This document shows positions 38,805-47,467 of a DNA stretch of 64,000 nt, piece by piece. A program made the translations under genes and the position numbers. How positions within the stretch are numbered: the stretch's first letter is position 1; each line of letters starts with the position of its first letter. The notes under the pieces were generated by a model. The model saw nothing but the letters and a program-made list of their open reading frames with translations. It was not told where the DNA came from and searched no databases. Source of the DNA: SAR202 cluster bacterium (lineage in GTDB: Bacteria > Chloroflexota > Dehalococcoidia > Lucifugimonadales > VGZR01); NCBI GenBank assembly GCA_016872515.1, contig VGZR01000004.1, forward strand, positions 22,374 through 86,373. The letters are read 5' to 3'.

Positions 38805-39860
38805 ATGCACAATCGCGCCATGCCGCCGCTCATGTTCGGGATGAAGGTGTACCTACCCGATGACGACCCCAGGTCCATGCCGGCCCGCATGAGGGGACTG
38901 GGAGTCACCACGGTCTTCTGCGGCGACGAGTACGGCCCGAAGCTCCCGGCCTTCCGCGAGGCGTGCGCCAGGGCGGGGCTCCAGTTCTACCTCATCGCCA
39001 CCGTCTTTCGCGACCCGAAGGCCCTGGCCGCCGACCCTACCCTGCTGAGCCTCGGCTCCGCCGGTGGCGTGAGCCGGTGGCGCGACTCGGAGTTCTACCA
39101 ACTCGTCTGCCCCGCCCGCGACGACTACCTGGACCGCCGCATCGAGAAGACCCATCTGGATATCGAGTTCCTTCGGCCCGACGGCCTCAGCCTCGACTTC
39201 ATCCGCTACTACGTCCGGCGGGAGCAGACCGTGCCGGACCATCCGCCGGAGGCCATCGAGAAGTTCTGCTTCTGCGACCACTGCCTGGCCATCATGCGCG
39301 CCCTGCCCGCTTTCGCTTTTCCCCATGCGGCCCGCGACCGCAGGGCGAAGGCTGCCTGGGTGCTCGAATCTCGCCGCGAGGAGTGGACGGCGTGGCGGTG
39401 CGGCATCATCGCCCGCGCCGTCAGCCGCCTCGCCGGGGCCGCACGTTCCGTGGCGCCCAACATCGGGCTCGCCATCCACGGCGTCCCGTGGACGAGCGAG
39501 GAGTACGACGGAGCGCGCAGGGTCGTGGCCGGGCAAGACATAGGGATGCTTGCCCCGCTGGTGGACTTCTTCCACCCCATGTGCTACTTCCACATGATGC
39601 GCCGCCGCCCGGAGTGGACACACGACATCGCGGTGGACTACGCCCGGTCGGCAGGCCGCCCTGTCCTACCCTGCGTCCAGGTCAACCCTTTCTTCCGCAA
39701 GGGACCCATCGCCCCGGCGACGTTCCGCAGGCACGTCGAAGCAGCCTTGAAGCCGCCGAGCCCGGGCATCAACGTCTGGGAGTGGGCGCTGCTGAAGGAC
39801 GACCCAGCGAAGGTGGATGTGCTAAAGTCCGAGTTCGAACGGGCTGCCGCATCAGCCTAG
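38805..39860 (+). CDS. Hypothetical protein, possibly a glycoside-hydrolase-like TIM barrel
   Basis: The ORF is coherent with a codon-biased frame. LSLDFIRYY...W..WR...I pattern is reminiscent of GHL-type proteins, so the family call is weak. Confidence 0.4.
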   Translation: MHNRAMPPLMFGMKVYLPDDDPRSMPARMRGLGVTTVFCGDEYGPKLPAFREACARAGLQFYLIATVFRDPKALAADPTLLSLGSAGGVSRWRDSEFYQLVCPARDDYLDRRIEKTHLDIEFLRPDGLSLDFIRYYVRREQTVPDHPPEAIEKFCFCDHCLAIMRALPAFAFPHAARDRRAKAAWVLESRREEWTAWRCGIIARAVSRLAGAARSVAPNIGLAIHGVPWTSEEYDGARRVVAGQDIGMLAPLVDFFHPMCYFHMMRRRPEWTHDIAVDYARSAGRPVLPCVQVNPFFRKGPIAPATFRRHVEAALKPPSPGINVWEWALLKDDPAKVDVLKSEFERAAASA

Positions 39861-39874
39861 TAGCGAGGAGCCCT

Positions 39875-41026
39875 ATGCCAGATATCGTCATCGTCGGGGC
39901 CGGGGCAGCGGGCGTCGCCGCTGCCTACGAGCTGACCAAGAAGGGCGTCAAGCCGCTCATCATCGAGCGCGACGCCATCGGCGCCCACGCCTCCGGCTTC
40001 GCCTTTGGCGGCCTCAACCCCTTCAGCGGCCACGGCATCCCCGGCCCGGTGTACCCCGTCGCGCAAGAGGGGATGCGTCTCCACGCCCAGCTCGCCCGCG
40101 AGCTGCACGAGGCAACCGGCGTGGACACCCAGTACCGCCAGGCCGAGGTGCTCTCTCTGGCCGCCGACGGCGATGAGCGCGCCCGCCTCATGGCCCTGCT
40201 GCCCTGGCTGAAAGCTGAGGGGTTCCCCGCCGAATGGCTCGACATGCGCGACGTGCTGCGGGCCGAGCCGCGCCTCGCGCCGGGTCTGCTAGGCGCGCTG
40301 CGCATCGGGGGGGCCGCCGAGGTGGACAGCTACCGCTACTGCCTCGCCCTCGCCCAGGCCGCCGAGAAGGGGGGCGCCACCGCCCGCCACGGCGAGGTCA
40401 CCGGCCTGCGCTTCGACAAGGGGCGCATCGCTGCGGTGGAGATGGGGCGCGAGGCTGTCCCCTGCGACAAACTCCTCCTGGCGGCCGGGCCGTGGACGTC
40501 CGCCTTCGGGAAGTGGCTCGGCATGGACATCCCCGTGCGGCCCCTCAAGGGCCAGATCGTCCGCCTGCGCCTCAAGGGCAAGCCCCTCAACGCCTACTTC
40601 GGCTGGCGCGGAAACTACGCCGTCACCAAGCCCGACGGCCTGGTGTGGGCCGGCACCACCGAGGAGGAGGCGGGCTTCGACGAGCGGCCCACGCCCGAGG
40701 CCAGGGACCGCATCCTCACCACCCTCGCCACCATATTCCCGCCGCTGATGGAGGCCGAGATCGTCCACCAGACCGCATGCCTGCGTCCCCTCTCCGCCGA
40801 TGGCCTCCCCATCGTCGGCCCCGTGCCGGGCAAAGAGGGCGTATTCGTCGCCACCGGCGCTGGACGCAAGGGCATCCTCCTGTCGCCTGCCATGGGCCGT
40901 GCTGCCGCCGACCTGATGCTCACCGGCGCCCAAGCTGCGTGGCTGCCGCCGCTGCTGCCCGCCCGCTTCGCCAAAAGCGGCGCGGCCACCCAAGCTGCCA
41001 AGCCCGCCGCGCCCCTGTTGGACTGA
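39875..41026 (+). CDS. FAD-dependent oxidoreductase (DAO / glycine oxidase-like)
   Basis: MPDIVIVGAGAAGVAAAYEL is the dinucleotide fold. GAGGAG lies upstream. The longer 687-aa ORF is an artefactual extension. Confidence 0.8.
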   Translation: MPDIVIVGAGAAGVAAAYELTKKGVKPLIIERDAIGAHASGFAFGGLNPFSGHGIPGPVYPVAQEGMRLHAQLARELHEATGVDTQYRQAEVLSLAADGDERARLMALLPWLKAEGFPAEWLDMRDVLRAEPRLAPGLLGALRIGGAAEVDSYRYCLALAQAAEKGGATARHGEVTGLRFDKGRIAAVEMGREAVPCDKLLLAAGPWTSAFGKWLGMDIPVRPLKGQIVRLRLKGKPLNAYFGWRGNYAVTKPDGLVWAGTTEEEAGFDERPTPEARDRILTTLATIFPPLMEAEIVHQTACLRPLSADGLPIVGPVPGKEGVFVATGAGRKGILLSPAMGRAAADLMLTGAQAAWLPPLLPARFAKSGAATQAAKPAAPLLD

Positions 41027-41048
41027 CCCACAGCTTGGCGACGTCGGG

Positions 41049-41597
41049 TCAGGGCCGTCGTATCTGTTGGATGGCACGCTTGCCGGCGGCCCCATCGGGC
41101 CGTTCATGGTGCCGAGAGAGCTGACAGCCGTCGAAATCGCCGCCCTTTATGCGGTCGGTCAAGCAGCACTTAACCTCCCCCGAGGAAGCGCGAAAGCTAC
41201 GAAAGAACTGGATGCTGAAGGCCCTCACTCGCGTTGGGGGCGCCCAACCGAACGCCTGCAGCAGCTTTGACAGCTTCCCCAACTCCGTGGCTGTGGGTTC
41301 GATGCCGTGGCTCCAGAGCGAGGCCATCAGTTTCCTCGCCTCGGCTAGGTCGCGTTGAGTATGAGCATGACTGGCTCCTTGGGAGCGAGTCGCCAGATGA
41401 GGGCACTTGCCATCCGACTGTTCCCGGCAGTGTGTGAACGCGATGCTCGATGCCCAGTCCGCAATCCTGGCCTCGTCCGCCTTGTACAAAGTTGTCTTGC
41501 CGTCTCCGTGGCCCGCGCCTGACCGGACAGGCCTACCGGGTTTCGGGGCTGCATTGACTGCCTTCGCACCAGGGTTGACCTCGAGCCGCTGCCGCAC
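41049..41597 (-). pseudogene. Possible N-terminal remnant of a tyrosine recombinase/integrase (no catalytic domain)
   Basis: ...GDGKTTLYKADEARIADW... resembles the DGKRR.KTF.TK.EA..W arm-type N-terminus of phage integrases. The ORF ends before any R..HxxR..Y region. GC is lower than the flanks. Confidence 0.3.
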
Positions 41598-41919
41598 TTA
41601 GCTTTTAACCTCACCGATGGTGTTTCGTGACGTCCCTTGGAAAGGCCCACCTGCCCAGGAACGGCTGGCCCAGCCTATCCGCGCTTCCGCTTGCGAACCG
41701 TGTGAGACTCGGGGAGAACCCAAGGGCTCTGGGACGCGTGCCACGCCCGGCACCCTCCAACTCACCCGGTTCTCACTCTATCGAAGGGGTTCTTACGAAA
41801 CTCTCACGAACTTGATAGAGTGAGGTTCCACCAACGAGGCCTCGTCCGTTGGTTCAAAGAAAGATTACATAAGGACACAGGGCTACTCTAGGCGATTCAA
41901 GACCACCCTCAGGAGTGTT

Positions 41920-43191
41920 GTGACCATGCCCAGGGACATCTACGCCGGAACGTCCAAGAAAGCTGTACGCCCAACAGGGCGCAGCGTCCAGACCGCTATG
42001 CTGGACATCATCTCTCAGCAGAACCCCAAGCTCGTCAAGGCTGCAGCCGAGCTCCATCAGGGCGGCGCCATCCCGCCCGATACTTACGTGGTGGACCTCG
42101 ACGGCGTCCGCCAGAACGCTCGCAAGATCAAGGCTTGCGGCGACCGGCTCGGCCTACGCCTGTATGTGATGACCAAGCAGATCAACCGCAACCCTTCCAT
42201 GCTCAAGGTCATCGCCCAGGAAGGCATAGACAAGGCCGTCGCCGTGGACATCCAGTGTGCCAACATGCTCCATGAGAAAGGCTTCAAGATTGGCCATGTC
42301 GGACACCTCTCTCAGATCCCACGCCACTCCACTGAGAATGTCCTCAAGATGAAGCCCGATATCTGGACGGTCTATGACTACGAGCGCGCGAAGTTCGTCT
42401 CCGAGGGCGCCCGAAGGCTTGGAGCACAGCAGGACATCCTGCTGAAAACCATCGGCCCCAACGACAAGGCCTACATCGCCCAGGAAGGTGGCATCCCCAT
42501 TGCAAAGATGATGGACGTCGCCAAGCGGGCGATGGACCTGCCCAACGTCCGCATTGCCGGTGTCTCCGGCTTCCCCTGCGTCCTCTACGACAACGAGACT
42601 TGTTCGCTTGGGCCGGCCCCCAACATCAAGACTATCGTGGCCGCCGCCCAACGGCTTCATGACGAGTTGGGCATCGAAATCAAGCACATAAACTGCCCGG
42701 GCACCTCGTCCTGCAAGTCCATGGAGGTGGTCAAGCAGCACGGCGGCACCGACGCCGAGCCCGGCAGCGCCCTCTGGGGCATGGCGATGCAGCAGCTCTT
42801 CGGCCCCGACGAGGGCGTCCCTTCGGTCGTGTACGTCTCCGAGGTCTCCCACTACGCCGGTGAAATCGCCTGCGTGCTCGGCGGCGGCTTCGCCCCTGAC
42901 GTGGCCTTCGCCGAAATGGCTATCCACGAGGCCTTCGTGGGCTCGAACCCGGACTCCATCATGGAGAACCGAGTCAAGGCCGAGGATCCCAACGTAAAAA
43001 TGGACTACTACACCTGGCTGTCGCCCGAACGCGGCCAGAAAGTCATCCCCGGCGACAGCGCCGTGTACTTCTTCCGGCCGCAGGTCTTCAGCACGCGCTC
43101 GTCCAACATGGCCACCGTCTCCGGCCTGAGCAAGGGCCGCCCCAAGCTTGAAGCCATCTACGACCGGGGCGGCCGGTTGGTGAAGGACTAG
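41920..43191 (+). CDS. YhfX-like alanine-racemase-fold PLP-dependent enzyme
   Basis: Collinear similarity to E. coli YhfX as I recall it: LYVMTKQINRNP (PLP Lys), HVGHLSQIP, GFPCVLYD, NCPGTSSC, TDAEPGSALWG, VSEVSH. Confidence 0.7.
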   Translation: MTMPRDIYAGTSKKAVRPTGRSVQTAMLDIISQQNPKLVKAAAELHQGGAIPPDTYVVDLDGVRQNARKIKACGDRLGLRLYVMTKQINRNPSMLKVIAQEGIDKAVAVDIQCANMLHEKGFKIGHVGHLSQIPRHSTENVLKMKPDIWTVYDYERAKFVSEGARRLGAQQDILLKTIGPNDKAYIAQEGGIPIAKMMDVAKRAMDLPNVRIAGVSGFPCVLYDNETCSLGPAPNIKTIVAAAQRLHDELGIEIKHINCPGTSSCKSMEVVKQHGGTDAEPGSALWGMAMQQLFGPDEGVPSVVYVSEVSHYAGEIACVLGGGFAPDVAFAEMAIHEAFVGSNPDSIMENRVKAEDPNVKMDYYTWLSPERGQKVIPGDSAVYFFRPQVFSTRSSNMATVSGLSKGRPKLEAIYDRGGRLVKD

Positions 43192-43200
43192 GCCCCTACC

Positions 43201-44823
43201 CTAGCGGTACAGCGTGGGCATGGGCTTGAACTGGCACCCTTCGACGAAGATGTCGAAGAAGTCGGGCGTGGTCTCCAGCTCCACGTGCTCTACCCGCCGC
43301 ACCAAATCTTCAACGACCTGCCGCATCCTGCCCGACAGCAACATGATGGTCGCGCCCTCCAGCGAGGCGTTGCCGACCTTCGCGATGCGCTCCTGCGGCA
43401 TGTTGGCGATGAAGCCGATGCCAATCGCGTTGTCCACGTTGATGTAGTTGGCGAACCCACCGGCGAGGTAGAGCCGTTTGACCGCCTCGGCGGGCGTCCC
43501 GTAGCGTCGCAGCACGATGTACTGGCCGCAGTAGTTTGCCGACTTGGCCTGCGCCAGCGCGCTGATATCCGCGCGCGACAGCGACATCCCCCGCTCCGGC
43601 ACGAAGGAGAACTCCTTGTCGCCATTGACGAAGGCACCCAGTTCGTCCATCCGGGCCGTACGTCGAAGTTCCGCCAGCAAATCCACCAGCCCCGAGCCGC
43701 AGATGCCCTCCGGCGCCTTGCCACCGATGGTCTCGTACTCCACCTTGCCGTCCGTGAGCCGCACCGCCTCCACCGCGCCGTCGTACCCTGGCATCCCGTA
43801 GGTCACATGACCGCCCTCGAAGGCCGGCCCAGCCGGACACGACGCCGCCATCAGCCGGTGCCGGTTCCCCACGACCACCTCGGTGTTCGTGCCCACATCC
43901 ACCAGCATCACGACCTCTTCCTGCTCGTCCATCCCCACGGCCAGCAGGTCCGCTGCGATGTCGGCGCCCACGTGGCATCCGATGAGCGGCGGGCTGTACA
44001 CATTGGCGGCGGGACACACCCGCAGACCCGTTTCCTTGGCGCTGACGTTCAGGGCCGTCGTGGCGCGCAGGCCGCGCTCCATCTCCAATTCCGTGACCGA
44101 TTTGTACGGCTTCTCGCCGATAGTGGACACGTCCAGCCCGAAGAAGATGTCCCGCATCGTCGCATTGCCGACCACGACGACGTCGTAAATCATCCGCCGA
44201 TGAACGCCCATCCGGCGGCACATATCGCCGATCTCGAAGTTCACGGACGACAGCATCACGCTCCGCAGCTCGCCGTGGAACGGCCCCATGTCGTAGGCGA
44301 TGCGGTGCATGATGTCGCTGCCGCCGAACCGCTGCGGGTTCTCGAACGAGCCGGTGTACACCAGCTCACCCGTCTCCAAGTCGGCTAGGTTGAGCACCAC
44401 CGTCGTCGTGCCCGCGTCTATCGCCAGCCCCAAGACGCGCCCACGGTACTGGTCGAGTCTCGTGTCGCCGCGATAAACGCCGTCACCGCGCCGCGCCACC
44501 GTCGGCTCCAGCGGCGCCTTCCGCCGTACCGAGTGGGTCAGGATGCGCGGCTGGCGCCGCAGCACGGCGAACTCAACCTCGGCCGCCGAGTCCACCACTG
44601 CCACCTGGCATGCCAGCCGGTAGTTCCCGCGCAGGAACCTCTCTGCCTCTGTCGGCTTCGACAGCGCCTCCGTGCCCCGGCGCACCTCGACGATGCACTC
44701 GTGGCAGGTCCCGGTGCGGTTGCAGGAGGTGGGCACGCGGACGCGCAGGTCGTCCGCGTAATCGAACAGGGTTTTGCCAGCCACCAGCTCGAGCTTGCTG
44801 GCGCCGTGGATGAGGGGGCTCAT
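43201..44823 (-). CDS. Corrinoid reductive activase (RACo-type): 2Fe-2S ferredoxin domain plus ASKHA/DUF4445 ATPase
   Basis: N-terminal Cys pattern is SCNRTGTCHEC...LACQ. ASKHA phosphate-1 motif is GLAIDAGTTTVV. 540 aa. Confidence 0.8.
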   Translation of the reverse strand: MSPLIHGASKLELVAGKTLFDYADDLRVRVPTSCNRTGTCHECIVEVRRGTEALSKPTEAERFLRGNYRLACQVAVVDSAAEVEFAVLRRQPRILTHSVRRKAPLEPTVARRGDGVYRGDTRLDQYRGRVLGLAIDAGTTTVVLNLADLETGELVYTGSFENPQRFGGSDIMHRIAYDMGPFHGELRSVMLSSVNFEIGDMCRRMGVHRRMIYDVVVVGNATMRDIFFGLDVSTIGEKPYKSVTELEMERGLRATTALNVSAKETGLRVCPAANVYSPPLIGCHVGADIAADLLAVGMDEQEEVVMLVDVGTNTEVVVGNRHRLMAASCPAGPAFEGGHVTYGMPGYDGAVEAVRLTDGKVEYETIGGKAPEGICGSGLVDLLAELRRTARMDELGAFVNGDKEFSFVPERGMSLSRADISALAQAKSANYCGQYIVLRRYGTPAEAVKRLYLAGGFANYINVDNAIGIGFIANMPQERIAKVGNASLEGATIMLLSGRMRQVVEDLVRRVEHVELETTPDFFDIFVEGCQFKPMPTLYR

Positions 44824-44855
44824 AGGTCTAGTATCGCGGGAAAGGCCGCGCGACG

Positions 44856-45848
44856 CTAGGGCCGGGGGCTAGCGCTTCCAACTCGCGGTACATCTGGGGC
44901 CGCCATGCTCTCCCGTTGACGTCGCGCCAGCAGGCCCGCCTCCTCGATGATCTCCGCCACCAACTCCTCCTGTCGGTACGCCATCACATGCACCCCACGG
45001 ACACCCGGTATCTCCTGCACCTGCTGGATGATCTCGATGCAGATACTCTTCCCTTCCTTCGCCTGCTGCTCCTTGGGCACGCCCTTAAGCCGGTCCACCA
45101 CCACATCTGGGATGACCACGCCCGGCACCTTATCTCGCATCCACTCGGCGGCCTTCGCGGACCGTAGCGGCCCGACACCCACCAGGACAAACACCTGTTG
45201 ATCCAGCCCCATGTCGCAGGCTGCAGCCATGAACTGTTTCAGGCGCGTCACGTCGAAGCAGTACTGGGTCTGGATGAAGTCCGCGCCCGCTTCGACCTTC
45301 TTACCCAACCGCTTGGGCCGCACGTCGTATGGCGGCGCGAATGGGTTCTCCGCCGCGCCCAGAAACACCTTCGGCGGCTCCTCCAGTTTCCTCCCGCTCA
45401 AGAACCGCCCCTTGTCCCGCAGGGTGCGTAGCGTCCGCAGCAGGGTGATGGAGTCGAGGTCGAAGACCGGCCTTGCCTCCGGCTGGTCGCCCGCCTGCAC
45501 TCCGTCGCCCGTCAGGCACAGCACGTTCTTCACACCCATCGCCGCCGCGCCTAGCAGGTCACCTTGCATGGCGATGCGGTTCCGGTCGCGGCACGACATC
45601 TGCATCACCGGCTCGTAGCCAGCCCGCGTTAGCAGCGCGCAGACGCCCATGCTCGACATGTGGACGTTGGCCCCCGACGCATCCGTGGCGTTGATGGCGT
45701 CGCAGACCGACGACAGTACTAGCGCACGGTCATAGACCGACTGTGGGTCGGCGCTGTCTGGCGGGTTCAGTTCGGCCGTCACAGCGAACCGCCCTGACCG
45801 CAGCACCCGCTCGAGCCGCGACCCGCCCCTCATCGGGCTTACGGGCAT
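44856..45848 (-). CDS. metF: Methylenetetrahydrofolate reductase (MetF, acetogen/MetVF type)
   Basis: FAVTAELNPP, VLCLTGD, ADFIQTQYCFD and VGVGPLRS are MTHFR TIM-barrel motifs. The start lies 1 nt after the metV stop. Confidence 0.85.
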   Translation of the reverse strand: MPVSPMRGGSRLERVLRSGRFAVTAELNPPDSADPQSVYDRALVLSSVCDAINATDASGANVHMSSMGVCALLTRAGYEPVMQMSCRDRNRIAMQGDLLGAAAMGVKNVLCLTGDGVQAGDQPEARPVFDLDSITLLRTLRTLRDKGRFLSGRKLEEPPKVFLGAAENPFAPPYDVRPKRLGKKVEAGADFIQTQYCFDVTRLKQFMAAACDMGLDQQVFVLVGVGPLRSAKAAEWMRDKVPGVVIPDVVVDRLKGVPKEQQAKEGKSICIEIIQQVQEIPGVRGVHVMAYRQEELVAEIIEEAGLLARRQRESMAAPDVPRVGSASPRP

Positions 45849-45849
45849 G

Positions 45850-46305
45850 TCATTGCTCCCAGCCCGCCGGCGTCTTCTGGGCCACGCCGTTCAGGTCATT
45901 GACCCAGGCCGACGTGCCCTGCAAGCTGCGGTTCAGCGGTGGCTGCACCTGGAGGATAGCCTTCCCATACATCGACATCTGCTTTGACCGCTCCCACGCC
46001 TGCATCCACACGCAGGGCATCGCGGGCACGACCTCGCAGTGGCCGTCGGGCCGAACGCCGCCGCACGGCCCGTTGCGCAGGTTCTTGGGGCAAGTCATAG
46101 GACAGGTCATCCCCGTGCTATGGAGGATGCACTGCCCGCACATCCGGCAGTCGAAGATGAGGCCCTTGCTCAGCCGCTCGACCCGGACGAAGAGCCGCTC
46201 CATGAGGCCGCCTGGCTTCAGCCAGCGGCGGAAGGGCCGAAGGGAAAAGTACGTGGCCCGATAGACCAGTTCGAGGAAATTGGGCCACCTCTGAAGGAAC
46301 CGCAA
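45850..46305 (-). CDS. metV: MTHFR C-terminal-domain protein (MetV-like, Cys-rich)
   Basis: CRMCGQCILHSTGMTCPMTCPKNLRNGPCGG motif. Confidence 0.8.
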   Translation of the reverse strand: MRFLQRWPNFLELVYRATYFSLRPFRRWLKPGGLMERLFVRVERLSKGLIFDCRMCGQCILHSTGMTCPMTCPKNLRNGPCGGVRPDGHCEVVPAMPCVWMQAWERSKQMSMYGKAILQVQPPLNRSLQGTSAWVNDLNGVAQKTPAGWEQ

Positions 46306-46320
46306 GGGGCTACCCCCCCG

Positions 46321-46340
46321 TTCGACAGGCTCAGGGCAGG
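46321..46340. repeat. Inverted exact copy of the 20-nt motif at 5391-5410
   Basis: ttcgacaggctcagggcagg is the reverse complement of cctgccctgagcctgtcgaa. It sits in the 36-nt spacer between the corrinoid-protein gene and metV. Confidence 0.6.
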
Positions 46341-46341
46341 C

Positions 46342-47103
46342 CTAGCGCGAGCCGGCCGGCTGCGCCTCTTTGTCGCCCACTCCGAGGAACTTCTTGGCCA
46401 AGTCCACGCAAGCGATGGCATCCTTGCCATAGCCGTCGGCGCCCATGTCCTCCGCGAACTCTTGGGTCACCGATGCCCCGCCCACCATCATCTTCACTCG
46501 CTCGCGCAGCCCTGCCTCCTCGAACGCCCGTATCGTCTTGCCCATGTTCGGCATCGTGGTCGTCAGCAGCGCCGACATCCCGACCACCTGGGCCTTGTGC
46601 TTCTCCACCGCCTCGATGAACTGCTCCGGCTTGGTGTCCACTCCAAGGTCGTGGACGATGAACCCCGCGCCGCGGAGCATCATTATGCATAGGTTCTTTC
46701 CGATGTCGTGCAGGTCGCCCTTCACGGTGCCCATGATGACCGTGCCTGCAGGCGGGACACCAGAAGCCGACAGGATGGGCTCAATGTGCGCCATGCCGGC
46801 CTTCATCGCCCGCGCGGCCACCAGCACTTCCGGCACGAAGATGATGTTGTCGCGGAACTTGATGCCCACAATGGCCATCCCAGCGATAAGCCCATCGTCG
46901 AGGATGGTGTTGGCGGTATACCCTTTGTCCAACGCCTCTTTGGTCATCTGACCCACGGAGTGCTGGTCGCCGGTAATGAGCGCGTGGGAGATGGACTGCA
47001 TCAGCATGTCCCCGCTGGAGAACAAACCTTCGATGTGCTTCTTTTCGAAGGGCTTGGTGACGTGAACCATCTCCTTCAAAATGCCTTCGTGGACTACAGC
47101 CAT
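46342..47103 (-). CDS. Cobalamin-binding corrinoid protein (MtaC/MtbC/MtgC-type methyltransferase cognate corrinoid protein)
   Basis: B12-binding-2 cap followed by GDLHDIGKN (DxHxxG), SALLTTT and MVGGA. Confidence 0.85.
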   Translation of the reverse strand: MAVVHEGILKEMVHVTKPFEKKHIEGLFSSGDMLMQSISHALITGDQHSVGQMTKEALDKGYTANTILDDGLIAGMAIVGIKFRDNIIFVPEVLVAARAMKAGMAHIEPILSASGVPPAGTVIMGTVKGDLHDIGKNLCIMMLRGAGFIVHDLGVDTKPEQFIEAVEKHKAQVVGMSALLTTTMPNMGKTIRAFEEAGLRERVKMMVGGASVTQEFAEDMGADGYGKDAIACVDLAKKFLGVGDKEAQPAGSR

Positions 47104-47142
47104 CCCTTAGACTCCGTTCCCTTCGCGCAGCGTAGAAATACC

Positions 47143-47174
47143 ATTATATCCTGTTCGGCCCGCAGCCTTGTCAA
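47143..47174 (-). promoter_or_regulatory. Near-consensus sigma-70-type promoter upstream of the corrinoid operon
   Basis: On the minus strand, TTGACA (47174-47169) is followed by an 18-nt spacer and then GATATAAT (TATAAT at 47148-47143). It lies about 40 nt upstream of ATG 47103. Confidence 0.5.
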
Positions 47175-47179
47175 TCAAG

Positions 47180-47458
47180 CTATGGCTGCAAGGCATCCTC
47201 CACCTGAAAGAACTCTTCCCGAACGTTGGGGTGGCGCCTCTCCACACAGTCAGGGCATGCCTTGCTGGGGTACGGGAGCTCCTTGCCCATCATGAAGACA
47301 AACAGCGTGTTAGCGCCCAGCCGCTTCAGCCTGTCCAGCCGCCACTGCCACTCCTCAAGGCCCCATGTGCTCGTCCAGCTGGGCCGCAGCCGCTCTGGCC
47401 GGTGGTAATCGCCCAGACCAAGGAACAGCTAGCAACCGTACCGCTCGATGCCGCTCAT
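47180..47458 (-). pseudogene. Short gene remnant with an in-frame TAG (MSGIERYGC*LFLGLGDYHRPERL...LGANTLFVFMMGKELPYPSK...)
   Basis: Hand translation of the minus strand. TAG is at 47431-47429. W..EEW...LDRLKRLGANTLFV looks like the N-terminus of a glycoside-hydrolase-like protein, but the ORF ends after 92 codons. Confidence 0.25.
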
Positions 47459-47467
47459 ACCCCCTCA

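Noticed and set aside
38963-41026. The 687-aa ORF, and the analogous N-terminal over-extensions 34111-35295, 35486-36997, 23005-24267 and 24126-25529.
   Set aside because: The upstream parts are low-complexity and overlap the preceding gene. Internal ATGs with good SD sites, and signal peptides where applicable, give family-typical N-termini.
41049-41597. GAGHGDGKTT read as a Walker A P-loop NTPase.
   Set aside because: No Walker B or other NTPase motifs follow. The context (..GKTTLYKADEARIADW..) fits an integrase N-terminal arm better, although that call is also weak.
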